Shown: positions 1 to 11,595, numbered from the stretch's first letter. The stretch is 64,000 nt of DNA from Felis catus (GCF_018350175.1 NC_058368.1:58902001-58966000), one strand, 5' to 3'. Notes: generated by a model not told the origin, from the letters alone. Numbers and translations: made by a program.

Positions 1-759
1 TGCCCACCCTCGGAGCTGAAGTAGATGAAAACATGTAACGAATCAGTATCTAGAAAAGTGCATGAACACTATCATACATCTATAATATATATATAAAGAG
101 ACATACAGACAGATGCAAACAGAGTTCTTATAGCTTTTGTTTTAAAATTTTAGCCATGAAACAGGCAAAATAGTGCAAAACTCAATAGCTTACAAAAGAA
201 CTGTTGGATCCAATTCATGTTTCCATGGACAGAGTAAGTTAAGGTTACTTGATGACTTAAACTTTTTACTTACTATTTGTGGAGAAGACTTTTAAGATTT
301 TTCATCTGCCTGGTTTCCAAATAGTCTTCGCCCCCAGTGCTTTTTTCCACTTCAGATAAGAATTATCTCCATTTTTGCATTTATAGAGAAGGCTCTGAGT
401 TCCTAGAAAATATTGAGAGAATTTACATCTCAAAGCCACAGATAAAGAATGAATGCAAGTTCTTCCAAGAAAGGCTTTTTATTGCCTGAGTCCAGAATTT
501 TTATAGTACATATAAGCCTTTTGAGATAAATGGAAAAGGTTTGGGGATTAGTAAACAGAATAAGTGGGCTTTTTCCATTCTTGTAAAGACTCAATTTGTC
601 AAAAGAGTTGTACAAGTTGGTCTCAATTTTTAAGACAAGTGTTTTTAATTCCTCAAATAATTGGGTTGCACTCTGAAATGCATTCAACTATATTATCTTC
701 AAATTGCTTCTTTGTATCAGGGAGAAGATCTTTAACTAAGATGGAAATCGGAAGATATC

Positions 760-1195
760 TGTGAGAAATAAGCCCACTGACCCAATTTAAGGAGGGGCAC
801 AGAGATTCTGAGTATAGTGAAGTTTGGCTTTAATCAATGTTCTTGTGAAAGTGGGTATTTAGTGCACAAGGACACTCAGGGCAGTTACAGCAGACAATTT
901 ATCTCAGTGTCTAACTCCCTCCCTGATTCCTCACTGGCTGAGTACTACGGAGGTTACAGCCTTACCAGGAAATCTGCTATGCCCACATAAGGCAAAAAGT
1001 AGTCTGATTGGAACAAATTGAAACTAACAGTCCTTGAGGTGACTCAGAGACTTCAGTTCTTTGGCACATGCTCATTGCAAAGCCCATGGAAAAATAAGCC
1101 CCTGAAAAGGAGAGGGGGAGAAGAGCCAGTAAGTGAAGTGTCTAAGGGTTTGGGACTCCATTGTAGGGAGTGGGGGTCTGTACCTATTTCCAATA
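760..1195 (-). mobile_element. Probable ERV1-type LTR nested in ERV internal sequence
   Basis: TG at the left end. On the minus strand CCAATCAG (1004-1011) lies upstream of ATTAAA (829-834), as expected for U3-R-U5 order. No TSD recognised. Confidence 0.45.
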
Positions 1196-1660
1196 GGTTG
1201 TAAGCTTTTTGTTAACTAGACTAGGTATTTCTGAAAATGAATCATCTATCTTACTTCTCACAATATCTACCTTCCTGATTTGGAGCTGTTTGACTTTGGA
1301 ATGTTTTTTCTTTCTTTCTGTGTACATAGTTTCATTTTAGTTTGGGGGAAGAAGCCTTTTAAAAAGTTCCAATTAAGTTCCTAATATCAGCTTCCTAATT
1401 TGGCCAACTTCCTACCACAGATCTACTTAAAAAAATCCTTTCAAATATCTCGTCAGTTTTTAGCTAGGATAAACAGCAAATATTCCTGGTGATATTGAAT
1501 GATACCATGGGTGTAGAAAACATTCCACAAAGGGTGTAAAAGATACTACTCTCTCAAGATCTTCAGCCACTCCCAAAGATAGCTAAAAGAAAGACAGGCA
1601 ATTCACTTTAAAATTGGCAACATTCCATAGGGTCCTCACTGCAAATGGGGAAAAAGTTAC

Positions 1661-1849
1661 TTTTTTTTTAAGTTTATTTATTTATTTTGAGAGATATGGG
1701 AGATGGGCAGAGAGAGGGAGAGAGAGAGAATTCCAAGCAGGCCCTGCATCCTCAGTGCAGAGCCCAAAGTGGGACTCAAACTCACAAACCATGGCCTGAG
1801 CCTAAATCAAGAGCTGGATGCTTAACCCACTGAACCACGCAGGTGCCCC
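1661..1849 (-). mobile_element. Can-SINE (felid type)
   Basis: Poly-T tail, (GA)-rich tract, ends aggtgcccc (reverse of the SINE head). Confidence 0.93.
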
Positions 1850-2155
1850 ACAATTCACATTTCTGTATGACCATATCTTTGGGCCCCCGACCTGATGGTT
1901 GTGCTGCCTGCATCTGCAGGAACTGACAGCCTGGGTGACCCAGGCAGGAAAAAAGCCAAACCAAATTCTTGACACACAAAACTTGATGAACAAGAAGGCC
2001 ATTGCTGTTTCTGGGAGAAAAAAGATCAATAACCAATAAGGGACAATGTGAGATTTTACCTTCCTCTATCAATTGACCTATAGAGATCCAGGAGAGCTAA
2101 CTCTGGTAAGAATTCTCACCATTCACTGGCTTCTGCCAGTTTTCCCAGGTCTTAT

Positions 2156-2390
2156 TGTTGCAGGATTTTTTATCTCAATACCTTGGGTTCTTTGTTTCAC
2201 TGCTTCAAAGAATGAAGAAGTGGATACGAAATGAGCAGCAGACAAAAGTCTACTAGAGTATAAGATTAGAAAGGAAGAATGTTATGAAGGCTTTCTTTAC
2301 AAAGAAGGGGCATTCAAAAGTGAATGTCTGCGACTATAGGCAAGAGTAGAAAATGTAGCCCCAGAAACTGAAGGAATTTGGCAAGGTTTT
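2156..2390 (-). mobile_element. Probable ERV1 LTR 3' fragment
   Basis: Starts tgttgcagg...ccttgggttctt..., resembling the reverse U5 ends of ERV1 LTRs (recalled similarity only). Confidence 0.35.
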
Positions 2391-3365
2391 CCTTTTTTTT
2401 TTTTTTTTTAATCTTAGTTTTGTCTTGACTGTTTGAGGGGATAGATGGTAGCAATTTAGCAGAGAATCTCTCTGTGTCCTGTCAATTCTGGGACTGACCC
2501 ATAAAGGAACCCTACTTAGCAGGTAGATATGGGAAAAGTTGAGTTGGTGTCAAAGGAACTGGCAAAATCTTTGAGGACAATGTTTTGTGGGTCCCCCCCC
2601 CCCAGTGTCCTGTATGATTACAAATGAGATACCAATTTCTGGGCAGTGTTTTGATGATGGACTTGTAGGAGGGTGCAGTGGGGGAGGCCCAGGTGTTTTA
2701 TGTTTCTGGCCTTGAGGCTGTTGCAGTTGTAAGGCCACTACCTTGATGGACTTTTGTTTATGGCCTTGTGGTCTCTTCCTGACTGAAAGGCAATTCAGAT
2801 AGAAGATTAGTTGAGTGACTGAGTACTTAAGTAAAGTAGGATAGAAGGAAGTAGGGGGAGTCACTTCAGCCTTGCAGTCTTTTATTTTAGGTACTCCTTG
2901 TGTCTTTAATTTTTCACTAGCCTTTGCAATGAATCTTTCAATAAAGCTGTTTTGGAAGTGGGAAGACTTCCAGAGGCGTCTGCATGCCAGTTAAAATAGG
3001 TATTCCATTCTGTTTGCTTGTCTTAGGAACCCTTACTTTCAAGTACACTTTTTGTCAAGTTGGAATATTCCTTATAATGGCCATTCTAGTATGCATAGAT
3101 CAGAAGTTAGTATGGAGAATGAGGAGCATGATTACTTGGTGATGTTTAGTCCATCCTTTCAATATTTTATAGTTAGAGCTTTGCATAAAGGGAATTTAGA
3201 GTCTTCTTGTTATGTTTTTTGAAGTATGACTATTGGGTCTGTTGAGGTATGATTTTTTGAGGACATATTGGGTTTTGTCTTTGACTGGGGGAAACGAATA
3301 CATAGGTCAGGATGAAAGAAATATGCATGATGACTGGGAAGAAGTAATGAAAACAATAGACATTC

Positions 3366-4036
3366 TGTAAAGGCACTAATATGAGTTCACTCCTTGATGA
3401 GTCACAGATAGAAACCACCAGATGAACTGTCACACAAAGGAAACTTTATTTGCAGCAAATAAGGAGATCAAGGGGAATATACAAAGCCATAACTCCCCAA
3501 GCAAAGGTGGATTGTTTCTTTTCATTTAGGATTAGGATGAATATTTAAAAGGGGTGCCTTGACATCATAGGTAGAGGCAGGCTTAAGGTAGTGCATGCAC
3601 CTTAAGGAAACATGCCTATACATATATATGCTACATAATATACATGTATAGGAAACATGCCTATACATGTATGTTATGTAAATGAGGCTTGTGCTCCTCC
3701 TTGAGAGATATTTTAGTATTATAATAAGGTAAAGGTAACTGTCCATTACTCCATGGGTCACGCCACGGTCCATCGAGGTAGAAGCAAGTCAGGGATTAAT
3801 TTCAAACTACACTGGGTGGTCTAGGCTGGCCAGAGCCTTTCCTCCAGACAGTCGTTATGCTCCAGGGGTAGTTTCAGTTTTCATCATGGGATGGAAAAGA
3901 CCTGTCCAGTCTTTTGCCTAAGTTAAGAGATAAACTGAAGAGAAGAGTTTAAGGGGAAATGTGGGACAAAGGTCATTGGGTACAGCAGGAGCAGCAAAGG
4001 TCATGTCTTGGGGTCTAGCTGGTGACAGTTATGACA
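3366..4036 (-). mobile_element. ERV1-type LTR (~670 bp)
   Basis: TG...CA termini, minus-strand AATAAA at 3445-3450, internal 19-bp direct repeat (3605-3623 and 3650-3668). Confidence 0.65.
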
Positions 4037-4585
4037 CATCAAATACATCCAAACTCATGATTCTTTTAAATTTTATTTTCAAGGGGTGTTCATTTTTGTG
4101 CTTTTGCAGAAGAGGAATTATAGGGAAAATCAGAAGAAGTTGTTTTCAAGAAGAGACTCATAAGACAAAGTTTTGGGTGGGCTGTTCACACACTGTATTG
4201 ACTTGTTTGCTTGTTAATGTGTGACAAAGTGTGGGTTAGATGGGGAGAATCTTTCTGAACCAGAAGCACTCTGCTGGAGCTTAGATAGCAAAGATGCACT
4301 CAGCATGAGAAGAAGACAACCCCTGACTGTGATGGGATTACTCAAAGTAATATAGAGGACAATTAACATGGGAAGCCACAAAGGAGTGGAAAAACAGAAT
4401 CATGGACATTATCATATTGGTTTATGAGCATTAGAGATACTATAGAAATGGATAGAGACATGTTGGGTGTATTGCAGTGGCCTGGGATGTGAACAAGCGA
4501 AACTAGGTGACTTGTCTTAATCCATAGGTTACTAAAATTTAGGAGTATTTAAATAGTAGTATATATTTTTGGATTTGAGGGGTTT

Positions 4586-4788
4586 TAATTTTTTTTTTTT
4601 TTTTTGAGAGAGAGCATGCATACGAGTGAGGGAGGGGCAGAGGGAGAAAATAGAGAGAAAGAAAATATTAACCAGGTCCCACAACCAACACAGAGCCCAA
4701 CTGGAGCTGGATCTCATGATAATAAGATCATGACCTGAGCTGAAATCTAGATTCGGACACTTCACCTACCAAACCACCCAGGTGACCC
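4586..4788 (-). mobile_element. Can-SINE
   Basis: Poly-T tail, SINE body, degenerate TSD ggatttgaggggttttaat / ggattttagggatttttaat. Confidence 0.92.
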
Positions 4789-4985
4789 TGGATTTTAGGG
4801 ATTTTTAATCATGTATTGGTTTCTTTTGTTTTGTATTTTTCTTTTCTTTTCTTTTTCTTGATATTTGGTATATTTCTAAATGGGCCAAAACAAAGGTGTT
4901 TACTTCAACCATCTAATTATCAGTATTAAATTTTGTATAACTAATTTAAATGCTTGCCCTGTAAGGATATTCTAATTTGAGGAAA

Positions 4986-5087
4986 TGCATACATATATAT
5001 ATATATGTATATATACTCTCTCTCTCTCTCTATATATATATGTATATATACTGTCTCTCTCTATATATAGAGTATATATACTCTATT

Positions 5088-5131
<44 letters not shown>
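4986..5131. repeat. Compound (TA)n/(TC)n microsatellite
   Basis: Directly visible. Confidence 0.95.
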
Positions 5132-5132
<1 letters not shown>

Positions 5133-6749
5133 TCCATACATATTATTTTCATATGAGTCTTATTTCCATATGAACAAAATACAAAAGAAAAAATGTATGT
5201 ATATGAGTTCTTAATATGGCAAGTTTCATTCATATGAAAATTGATCTATGTGGAACCATTCCAAATGGGACTTATAAAATTTTACTCTTTATGTTTACTG
5301 ATGAATAAATAATTAAAAAAAAAATATTTGAAGAGTTGTAACTTTATAATGCCATTCACCAACCAAAGTATTTTAGCAAGACATTTTCATATCAAGTGAT
5401 AGGCCCTTTTGAGCCACTAAACAAATAGGCAATAGGTTATTTTTTATTTTAAATACAGACATTATTCTAAACTTGATGAGGATAGCTGAATTTTGTTTGG
5501 TTATGTGATTTATTAGTGAAGTTTTTTAAATCACATTCAATATATTTTGTCCCAAATAATTCATCTTAAATATTTCAGTAAGATGTTTTATGTCATTTTT
5601 ACGGGCTTAATAATGTTAAATTTATATGTACGTCAGATACAATACCAATGCTAAAATAATGAAATCTTTGTATTTTTTATTTAACTCTTTTCAATAATTT
5701 GAAAATTAAGCATTTAGGGTTTTTTTTTATTTTTAAAATGTGATGATATTGCAAGTGCTGCCATCTGCTGTAAAAAAGCTACTATTGACATGGCATAGAA
5801 AAGAATAGACGGTTCTATATTTGATTAAAGAGAATACTGTATAAGAATTCCAAGTAACCTCAAACTTATATAAACTAGGGAAATAATCCATTATGAGGTA
5901 GAATGATATTTTTAAACATTTCACATATTTAATTCACAAAACATCAATTCACCGATACTTTTTGACTGTGAAACCAATTTATCAGTTCCCAACAATCTTC
6001 AGTATGTGGCCTTGTGGCTTCTGAAGAGTTAAAGAGCAGCCTCAGTTTTTCCGTATTATCAGATCAAGAAATTGGTATCTTAGGACTATGCCAGATGCCA
6101 CCAATTTTGCATGCTTTATAGGCTACAGGCAACTGAAAATATTTTGGAGTGATGTTCCCAGTGATTAAATATAGTTTACCTAAAACAAACAAATCCAAAA
6201 ATATATTTATCTTAGAATTTTGAAAAAGAAATACATCTATCAGGATAAAAATTTAGATCACTAATTGGTATGTTCAATTGTACTCAAATTTTAAAGTCAC
6301 TATAGTGGGAATTTCCTGGCATAAATAAAGTAAATCTGAACTAAATTAAATTTTGTTAAATAAAATAAATCTGGAATAAATTATAACTTTTCTCTATTGA
6401 TGTTTTAAAATATTAAGTATTTGAAATGATAATTTTTGAAAGATTCTAATTAAAAACCATGCATCAATACAACCCTAACTGCCCAAATGATACTTCTCCA
6501 GCAGATGGCAACATTGAGAATCTTAAAAAAGTGTTTTTAAAGATAAGTAAATGATTATGACAAAAATAAGAAAGTAACATAGTGTTTTAATTAAGTAAAA
6601 GCTAGCACAAATTAATAAATTGCTATACATTTTCTTCTAGATAATTGACAGTGTGATTATTTTTAATTCTAGGAGATTTGACCAATAAGGTTTTATTAAC
6701 TATACCAGATAAAACCTATGGCTAAATATTTATCAGTTATTCTTTTAAA

Positions 6750-6945
6750 TTTTTTTAATGTTTTTATTTATTTTTGAGAAAGAGAGATAGAGCATGAGTT
6801 GGGGAGGGACAGAGAGACAGAAGGAGACACAGAATCCGAAGCTGGCTCCAGGCTCCAATCTGTCAGCAAAGAGCCTGAATGAACCATGAGATTGTGACCT
6901 GAGCCAAAGTCAGTCGCTTAACGAACTGAGTCACTCAGGTGCCCC
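6750..6945 (-). mobile_element. Can-SINE
   Basis: aatgtttttatttatttttgaga...ggtgcccc, degenerate TSD. Confidence 0.94.
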
Positions 6946-7243
6946 AAAACATTCATCAATTATTAAATAATGATCCACTTTCTGATATTTACATGATCGT
7001 GTGATTAAACTACTTATCTAGGGTAGAAATTGATCAGTAACTGGGAGAGAAAAAGAAACATATTTCTTAAAATCATTAAAACACAGTAAAATAAAGCATA
7101 ATATAGAAAGCTTACCAAATTCATAATAAATTGCCTCAAAAATCTAATTTTAAAATATTAATCCAAGTGCCAAACATTAATCTTTTGTACAGGCAATTGA
7201 TAAAATTGCTGAATAGATAACTGGGTTTCAGAAATACTATTTT

Positions 7244-7440
7244 TTTTAATGTTTATTTATTGTTGAGAGAGAGAGAGAGCAAGCAGGAGAGGGGCAGTGA
7301 GAGAGGGAGACAGTATCCTTAGTAGGCTCCACGCTGTCAGTGCAGAGCCCGATGTGGGGCTTGAACCCACAAACGGTGAGATCATGACCTAAGCCGAAGC
7401 CAAGAGTTGGAAGCTTACCTGGGTGAACCACCTAGGCACC
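7244..7440 (-). mobile_element. Can-SINE
   Basis: TSD cagaaatactatttt at 7229-7243 and 7441-7455. Confidence 0.95.
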
Positions 7441-7542
7441 CAGAAATACTATTTTAAATAAATGGAGTCATTGAAACCATAATGTCAATGTAAAATCATG
7501 AATTTCATGTATAATAAAATATGCTATAGAAAAATGTAAATA

Positions 7543-7774
7543 GGGGCGCCTGGGTGGCGCAGTCGGTTAAGCGTCCGACTTCAGCCAGGTCACGATCTCG
7601 CGGTCCGTGAGTTTGAGCCCCGCGTCGGGCTCTGGGCTGATGGCTCAGAGCCTGGAGCCTGTTTCTGATTCTGTGTCTCCCTCTCTCTCTGCCCCTCCCC
7701 TGTTCATGCTCTGTCTCTCTCTGTCTCAAAAATAAATAAACGTTGAAAAAAAAATTTTTTTTTTAAAAATAAAA
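7543..7774 (+). mobile_element. Young felid Can-SINE (SINEC_Fc-like)
   Basis: Head ggggcgcctgggtggcgcagtcggttaagcgtccgac with CpGs intact, perfect TSD agaaaaatgtaaata at 7528-7542 and 7775-7789. Confidence 0.97.
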
Positions 7775-8594
7775 AGAAAAATGTAAATATTTTAGAAAAC
7801 AAAAATGAATATAACTTGTTTCATGTACAGAGAAAACTAGAAATTAATAGGACAATTTATACAAAGAAAATTGAGGCAAGTTTACATAAAATAAATGTTA
7901 GAAGGATTACCCTCTAATAAATTTTGGAGGAATTTAGAATTATTACAGATGTGCCATGGAAACTTGCAGTCTTTATGAGGCTAAAAACCCTACTATTCCT
8001 GGTCTCAAGCAAGCCCAGTTGCAAACATTACAGCAACACTAAGACATGGAAGAGTTGTACCCAAGAACAATTTGAGACTATTCAGCAGCTACAACTTCTG
8101 TTACTATCAGAAGCACACTTTTCAGCATTCATAAGTAATGTTTTATCCCCCCTCCATGACCTCAAACATGTTAACTCTGCATAAGAAGAGAAATGCTTAT
8201 GTACATTTTTATAATAAAGTTCATTTAAAAAGGGAATAGTTTGTCCTTTGAAACATGTTAGGCAAAGAGAAAATATGGCTGGAAAGATTAAACCATTAAA
8301 AGACTTGAAGATCTGGATATATTCACAAATTATCTCAAAAGCATTATCATTGAGGTAAAATTAAATTGACTTAGGTATCAACCTACAAAGACACTTCCTC
8401 ATTTTTTATCACTAACTAGACATTGTGGATATTTCATGTAATATCCACAGGCCTTGTTTTTTTTTAATGTCTATAATGATAATATTAATAAAAGCGCAAA
8501 CTCAGTCCTTACTTAGTCTATGATAAGCACTATAAAAATTTACATATGTTCATCTCAAGTCTTCCTCAAAAATGTGTAAGTTCTATAGAATTTA

Positions 8595-8720
8595 TACAAT
8601 CATATTATAGGATGAAACTAAGGCTTAAAGAAGTGATTTTCGAAATGTCATGTAAATAAAAATTTGAAGAGTTAGGAGGCAAGTCCAGGTCAGTCTGGTC
8701 TCAAACTCTGCACTTTATCA
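8595..8720 (-). mobile_element. MIR fragment
   Basis: gatgaaactaaggcttaaagaagtga...ccaggtcagtctggtctcaaactctg resembles the reverse MIR core. Confidence 0.55.
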
Positions 8721-8870
8721 TAAATTTCCATATTAGATATCCCCCTGTAGGGTGACTATTAAGGTTTGCCTAAGACTGAGGTGGTTCTGGCATAGGAGTC
8801 AGATGGGAATAAAGTAGGTTATGGGCATCAGAATAAATTCCATGGCACCTATCTAGTGCTCCACAGATAC

Positions 8871-9115
8871 AAGGCAGTATCATAGATGGTTAAAAGAGGA
8901 GCTATAAAGTCATAGGTAAGAACCAGGAAGGGGTTCAGAATCTTGACTCTTTGGGTACATATTATGAAACTGAAATACTAATCACTCTGCCTCAGTTTTC
9001 TGATTTATAAAGCAAAATAATATAATAACTTCCTCTTGAATTGTTGATGGTTCAATTGGATTGAATTTTAAATCGACTAACTAGAAGTCAGTACAGAGCC
9101 TGACATGATAATATT
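8871..9115 (+). mobile_element. MIR
   Basis: ggcagtat...ggttaaaag..., ctctgcctcagttttctgatttataaa core, ...cagagcctgacat. Confidence 0.7.
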
Positions 9116-9230
9116 ACTAGATTTTTACTATTGTTATAAAATATTTTCCGTTAGCATAGTTACAGCTGTGTCCATATATAAAGGCAAAAAAAACAAACAA
9201 AAAATGTGGTTGGCGTAAGAAATCATCTCT

Positions 9231-9448
9231 GGGGCGCCTGGGAGGCTCAGTCAGTTGAGTGTCTGACTTTGGCTCAGGGCATGATCTCACAGTTTGTGAG
9301 TTCAAGCCTCGCGTCAGGTTCTGTGCTGCCAGCTTAGAGCCTGGAGCCTGTTTCAGATTCTGTGTCTCCCTCTGTCTCTTCCCCTCCCCTGTTCATGCTC
9401 TGTCTCTCTCTCTATGTCTCAAAAATAAATAAACATTTAAAAAAAAGA
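9231..9448 (+). mobile_element. Can-SINE
   Basis: TSD aagaaatcatctc at 9217-9229 and 9449-9461. Confidence 0.96.
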
Positions 9449-9771
9449 AAGAAATCATCTCCTACTCACCCTTTTATTTCTCAGAAAAAATATTATAATG
9501 AGGTGTTTGAGTTTCCAGTCATTTGTCTCGGACACACAGAATGCCTCACTCAGTGAGACAACAATGTTATAATTATAATCATGCTCCTACTTACCTGACT
9601 ATGTTAATACATTAATTTTGATATACCCTACCTTTGGTGTTCTTAGATTCTTTTGTTTTCTAATATACACGTATTTCACTGAATAAAATATTTCACAGAA
9701 TTATCGGTGGTAAAAAAAATACAAAATTTAAAGATAAAATCTTTTTTAGGGTATCTAATCCAGTCTTACAG

Positions 9772-9956
9772 TTTTTAAAATATATTTATTTATTTATTTT
9801 GGTGGGGAGCAGAGAGAGAGGGACAGAGGGAATCTCAGGCAGGCTCCTAGCTATTGCACAGAACCCGATATGAGCTCAAACTCAGGAACTGTGAGATCAT
9901 GACCTGAGCCAAAATCAAGAGTCAGACATTTAACTGACTGAGCCACCCAAACGTCT
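9772..9956 (-). mobile_element. Can-SINE
   Basis: SINE body, TSD cagtcttaca / cagtcctaca. Confidence 0.92.
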
Positions 9957-10255
9957 CAGTCCTACACTTTTTAAGAGAGAAACATTCCTAAAAATTAGAC
10001 TGACCCACTCTAAGTCCTACCAATTAGAATAATACAAGCATTCTTAACCTTCAGCAGAATGGGGTCTCTGCGGCCGTCAGAGCTGTATTTCGCATGCTAC
10101 ATTCCTCTCAGCACTCGTCTCTGGCCTCTGGGTGGCTATCTACCAAGTACGAGATGCTGAACTTCTGGTTGGTTGGTTTGTTTGTTTTTCCGCCTTGGTT
10201 AAGCTTTGCAAGCTTTCCTCTGACAGTAGCATCCATATAGGTCCTTGCTAGAGAT

Positions 10256-10470
10256 ACAATAGTTCTCCCTCATCCACGGTTTCACTTACCTTCCCACCAG
10301 GGCAGATTCCGAAGCAGATGACCCTCCTGCCGATTTGTACGTAACCTGACGCTGGGTACGTGACCTGACGCTAGGTCACGATGCCACGGTCATCACCTCA
10401 CCTTATCTCATTGCGTCATTGCGTAGGCGTTTTATCGTCTTACATCATTACAAGAAGGGTGAGTACAAAG
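10256..10470 (+). mobile_element. MER44-type (Tigger7-derived) DNA transposon, left part
   Basis: TIR-like start caatagttctccctcatccacggtttc after TA, then gaagcagatgaccctcct...catcattacaagaagggtgagtaca, matching recalled MER44B/C sequence. Confidence 0.75.
10361..10378. promoter_or_regulatory. Perfect everted-repeat nuclear receptor motif ER6 (TGACCT-gacgct-AGGTCA); function untested
   Basis: Motif is exact in the sequence. It sits in a CpG-rich patch with TGACG half-CRE sites. Confidence 0.35.
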
Positions 10471-10972
10471 TAGACATACCTTGTTTTATTGTGCTTCGAG
10501 TTATTGTGCTTTACAGACGTTGCGTGTTTTATAAACTGAAGGTTTGTGGCAAGCCAGCGTCGGGCAAGCTTGTCGGCACCATTTTTCCTTCACCATTTGC
10601 TTGCTTTGTGTCTGTATCACATTTTGCTAATTCTTACAATATTTGAAACTTTTTTATTAGTATTACATACGTTGTGATGATCTGTGACCCATGATCGTTG
10701 ATGTTACTATTGTTAAGTAATTTGTGGTGCCAGGTTGTGAATACAAAGAAAAAGTTTTTGAAAGAATTTAAAAGTGCTATTCCGGTGGCCACACAGATAG
10801 TAAGAAAGTGAATGACCTTATTGCTGATAAGGAGAAAGTTTTAGTGGTCTGGGTAGAAGATCAGACCAGCCACAACATTCCCTAAAGCCAAAGCCTAATT
10901 CAGAGCAAGTCCCTCTTTTCCTGTGAAGGGTGAGAGGTGAGGAAGCTGCAGAAGAAAAGTTTGAAGCTAGCA
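10471..10972 (+). mobile_element. Tigger1 DNA transposon, 5' end plus internally deleted, dead transposase fragment
   Basis: Tigger1 5' end (agacataccttgttttattgtgcttcg...gaaggtttgtggcaa). From ~10731 it reads QVVNTKKKFLKEFKSAIP, then after a frameshift DLIADKEKVLVVWVEDQTSHNIP*SQSLIQSK and EEAAEEKFEAS. Confidence 0.92.
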
Positions 10973-11595
10973 CACAATTTCTTCTTATATTTAATTTAAA
11001 ACCATAGAAATATTTGAGCATTAGAAAATTTAGTATTAATTTCTAGTTTCTGTGAAGCAGAAAAAAGCAATAGTTGCTTTCATGCATGTGTTCACAATTC
11101 ACTGACTCTCTATTATGAGATTTGATCTTAAGGAGATTAGTCTAGTGGATTTTAATCATGCTAAATTCTATAGCATGGTTTTGCTATTGAATACACTATT
11201 TAGAAAATATATGGAAAAAAGGGAGTGACATTCAGTTACAGCTTGTATTTGTCAGAAGAAATGCAATATGAAAATTACTTCTGGTCTTTATGGGCCATCA
11301 CAGCTGCTGTAAAATATTAATATTAAATACTTTTGAAAAGATGTCAATAGATTAGTTATTGTACAGAGTAATCCAATATAAAAAGAAAAACGCACATTAC
11401 TATCATGATTTTTCTTAATGCTGAAAATATCAGGCTAACATTTTTCAAATGATTAGTGTATTTAAGTGCAAAATAATTTAGATCTTTCTAAGTATTAAAG
11501 TGCATAATTTATTAAATAAAAATTATTGGTTAAATGTACTAAAACTTTCTAAATACATGTACATTGATTACAAAAATTTACTTAGCAAAATGCAC

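Larger units (their letters stand above)
60..3360 (-). mobile_element. Decayed class I (ERV1-like) endogenous retrovirus internal sequence with gag remnants, interrupted by LTR fragments and a SINE
   Basis: Minus-strand translation gives matrix-like LEWPL*GIFQLDK (~3051-3089) and TEWNTYFNWHA (~2981-3013), plus a degenerate nucleocapsid zinc knuckle YLICNHTGHW (2602-2631). Many stops. Boundaries approximate. Confidence 0.7.

Noticed and set aside
5953..6132. 180-nt minus-strand segment bounded by ttttcag and gtgaat
   Set aside because: Stops in all three frames and a weak donor
7505..7729. Many 60-97 aa ORFs over SINEs and microsatellites (e.g. 7505, 12914, 27738, 48485, 61828)
   Set aside because: They are translations of Can-SINE or simple-repeat sequence
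7924..8184. 86-aa ORF in unique sequence
   Set aside because: TTG start, no recognisable homology, unconvincing splice sites
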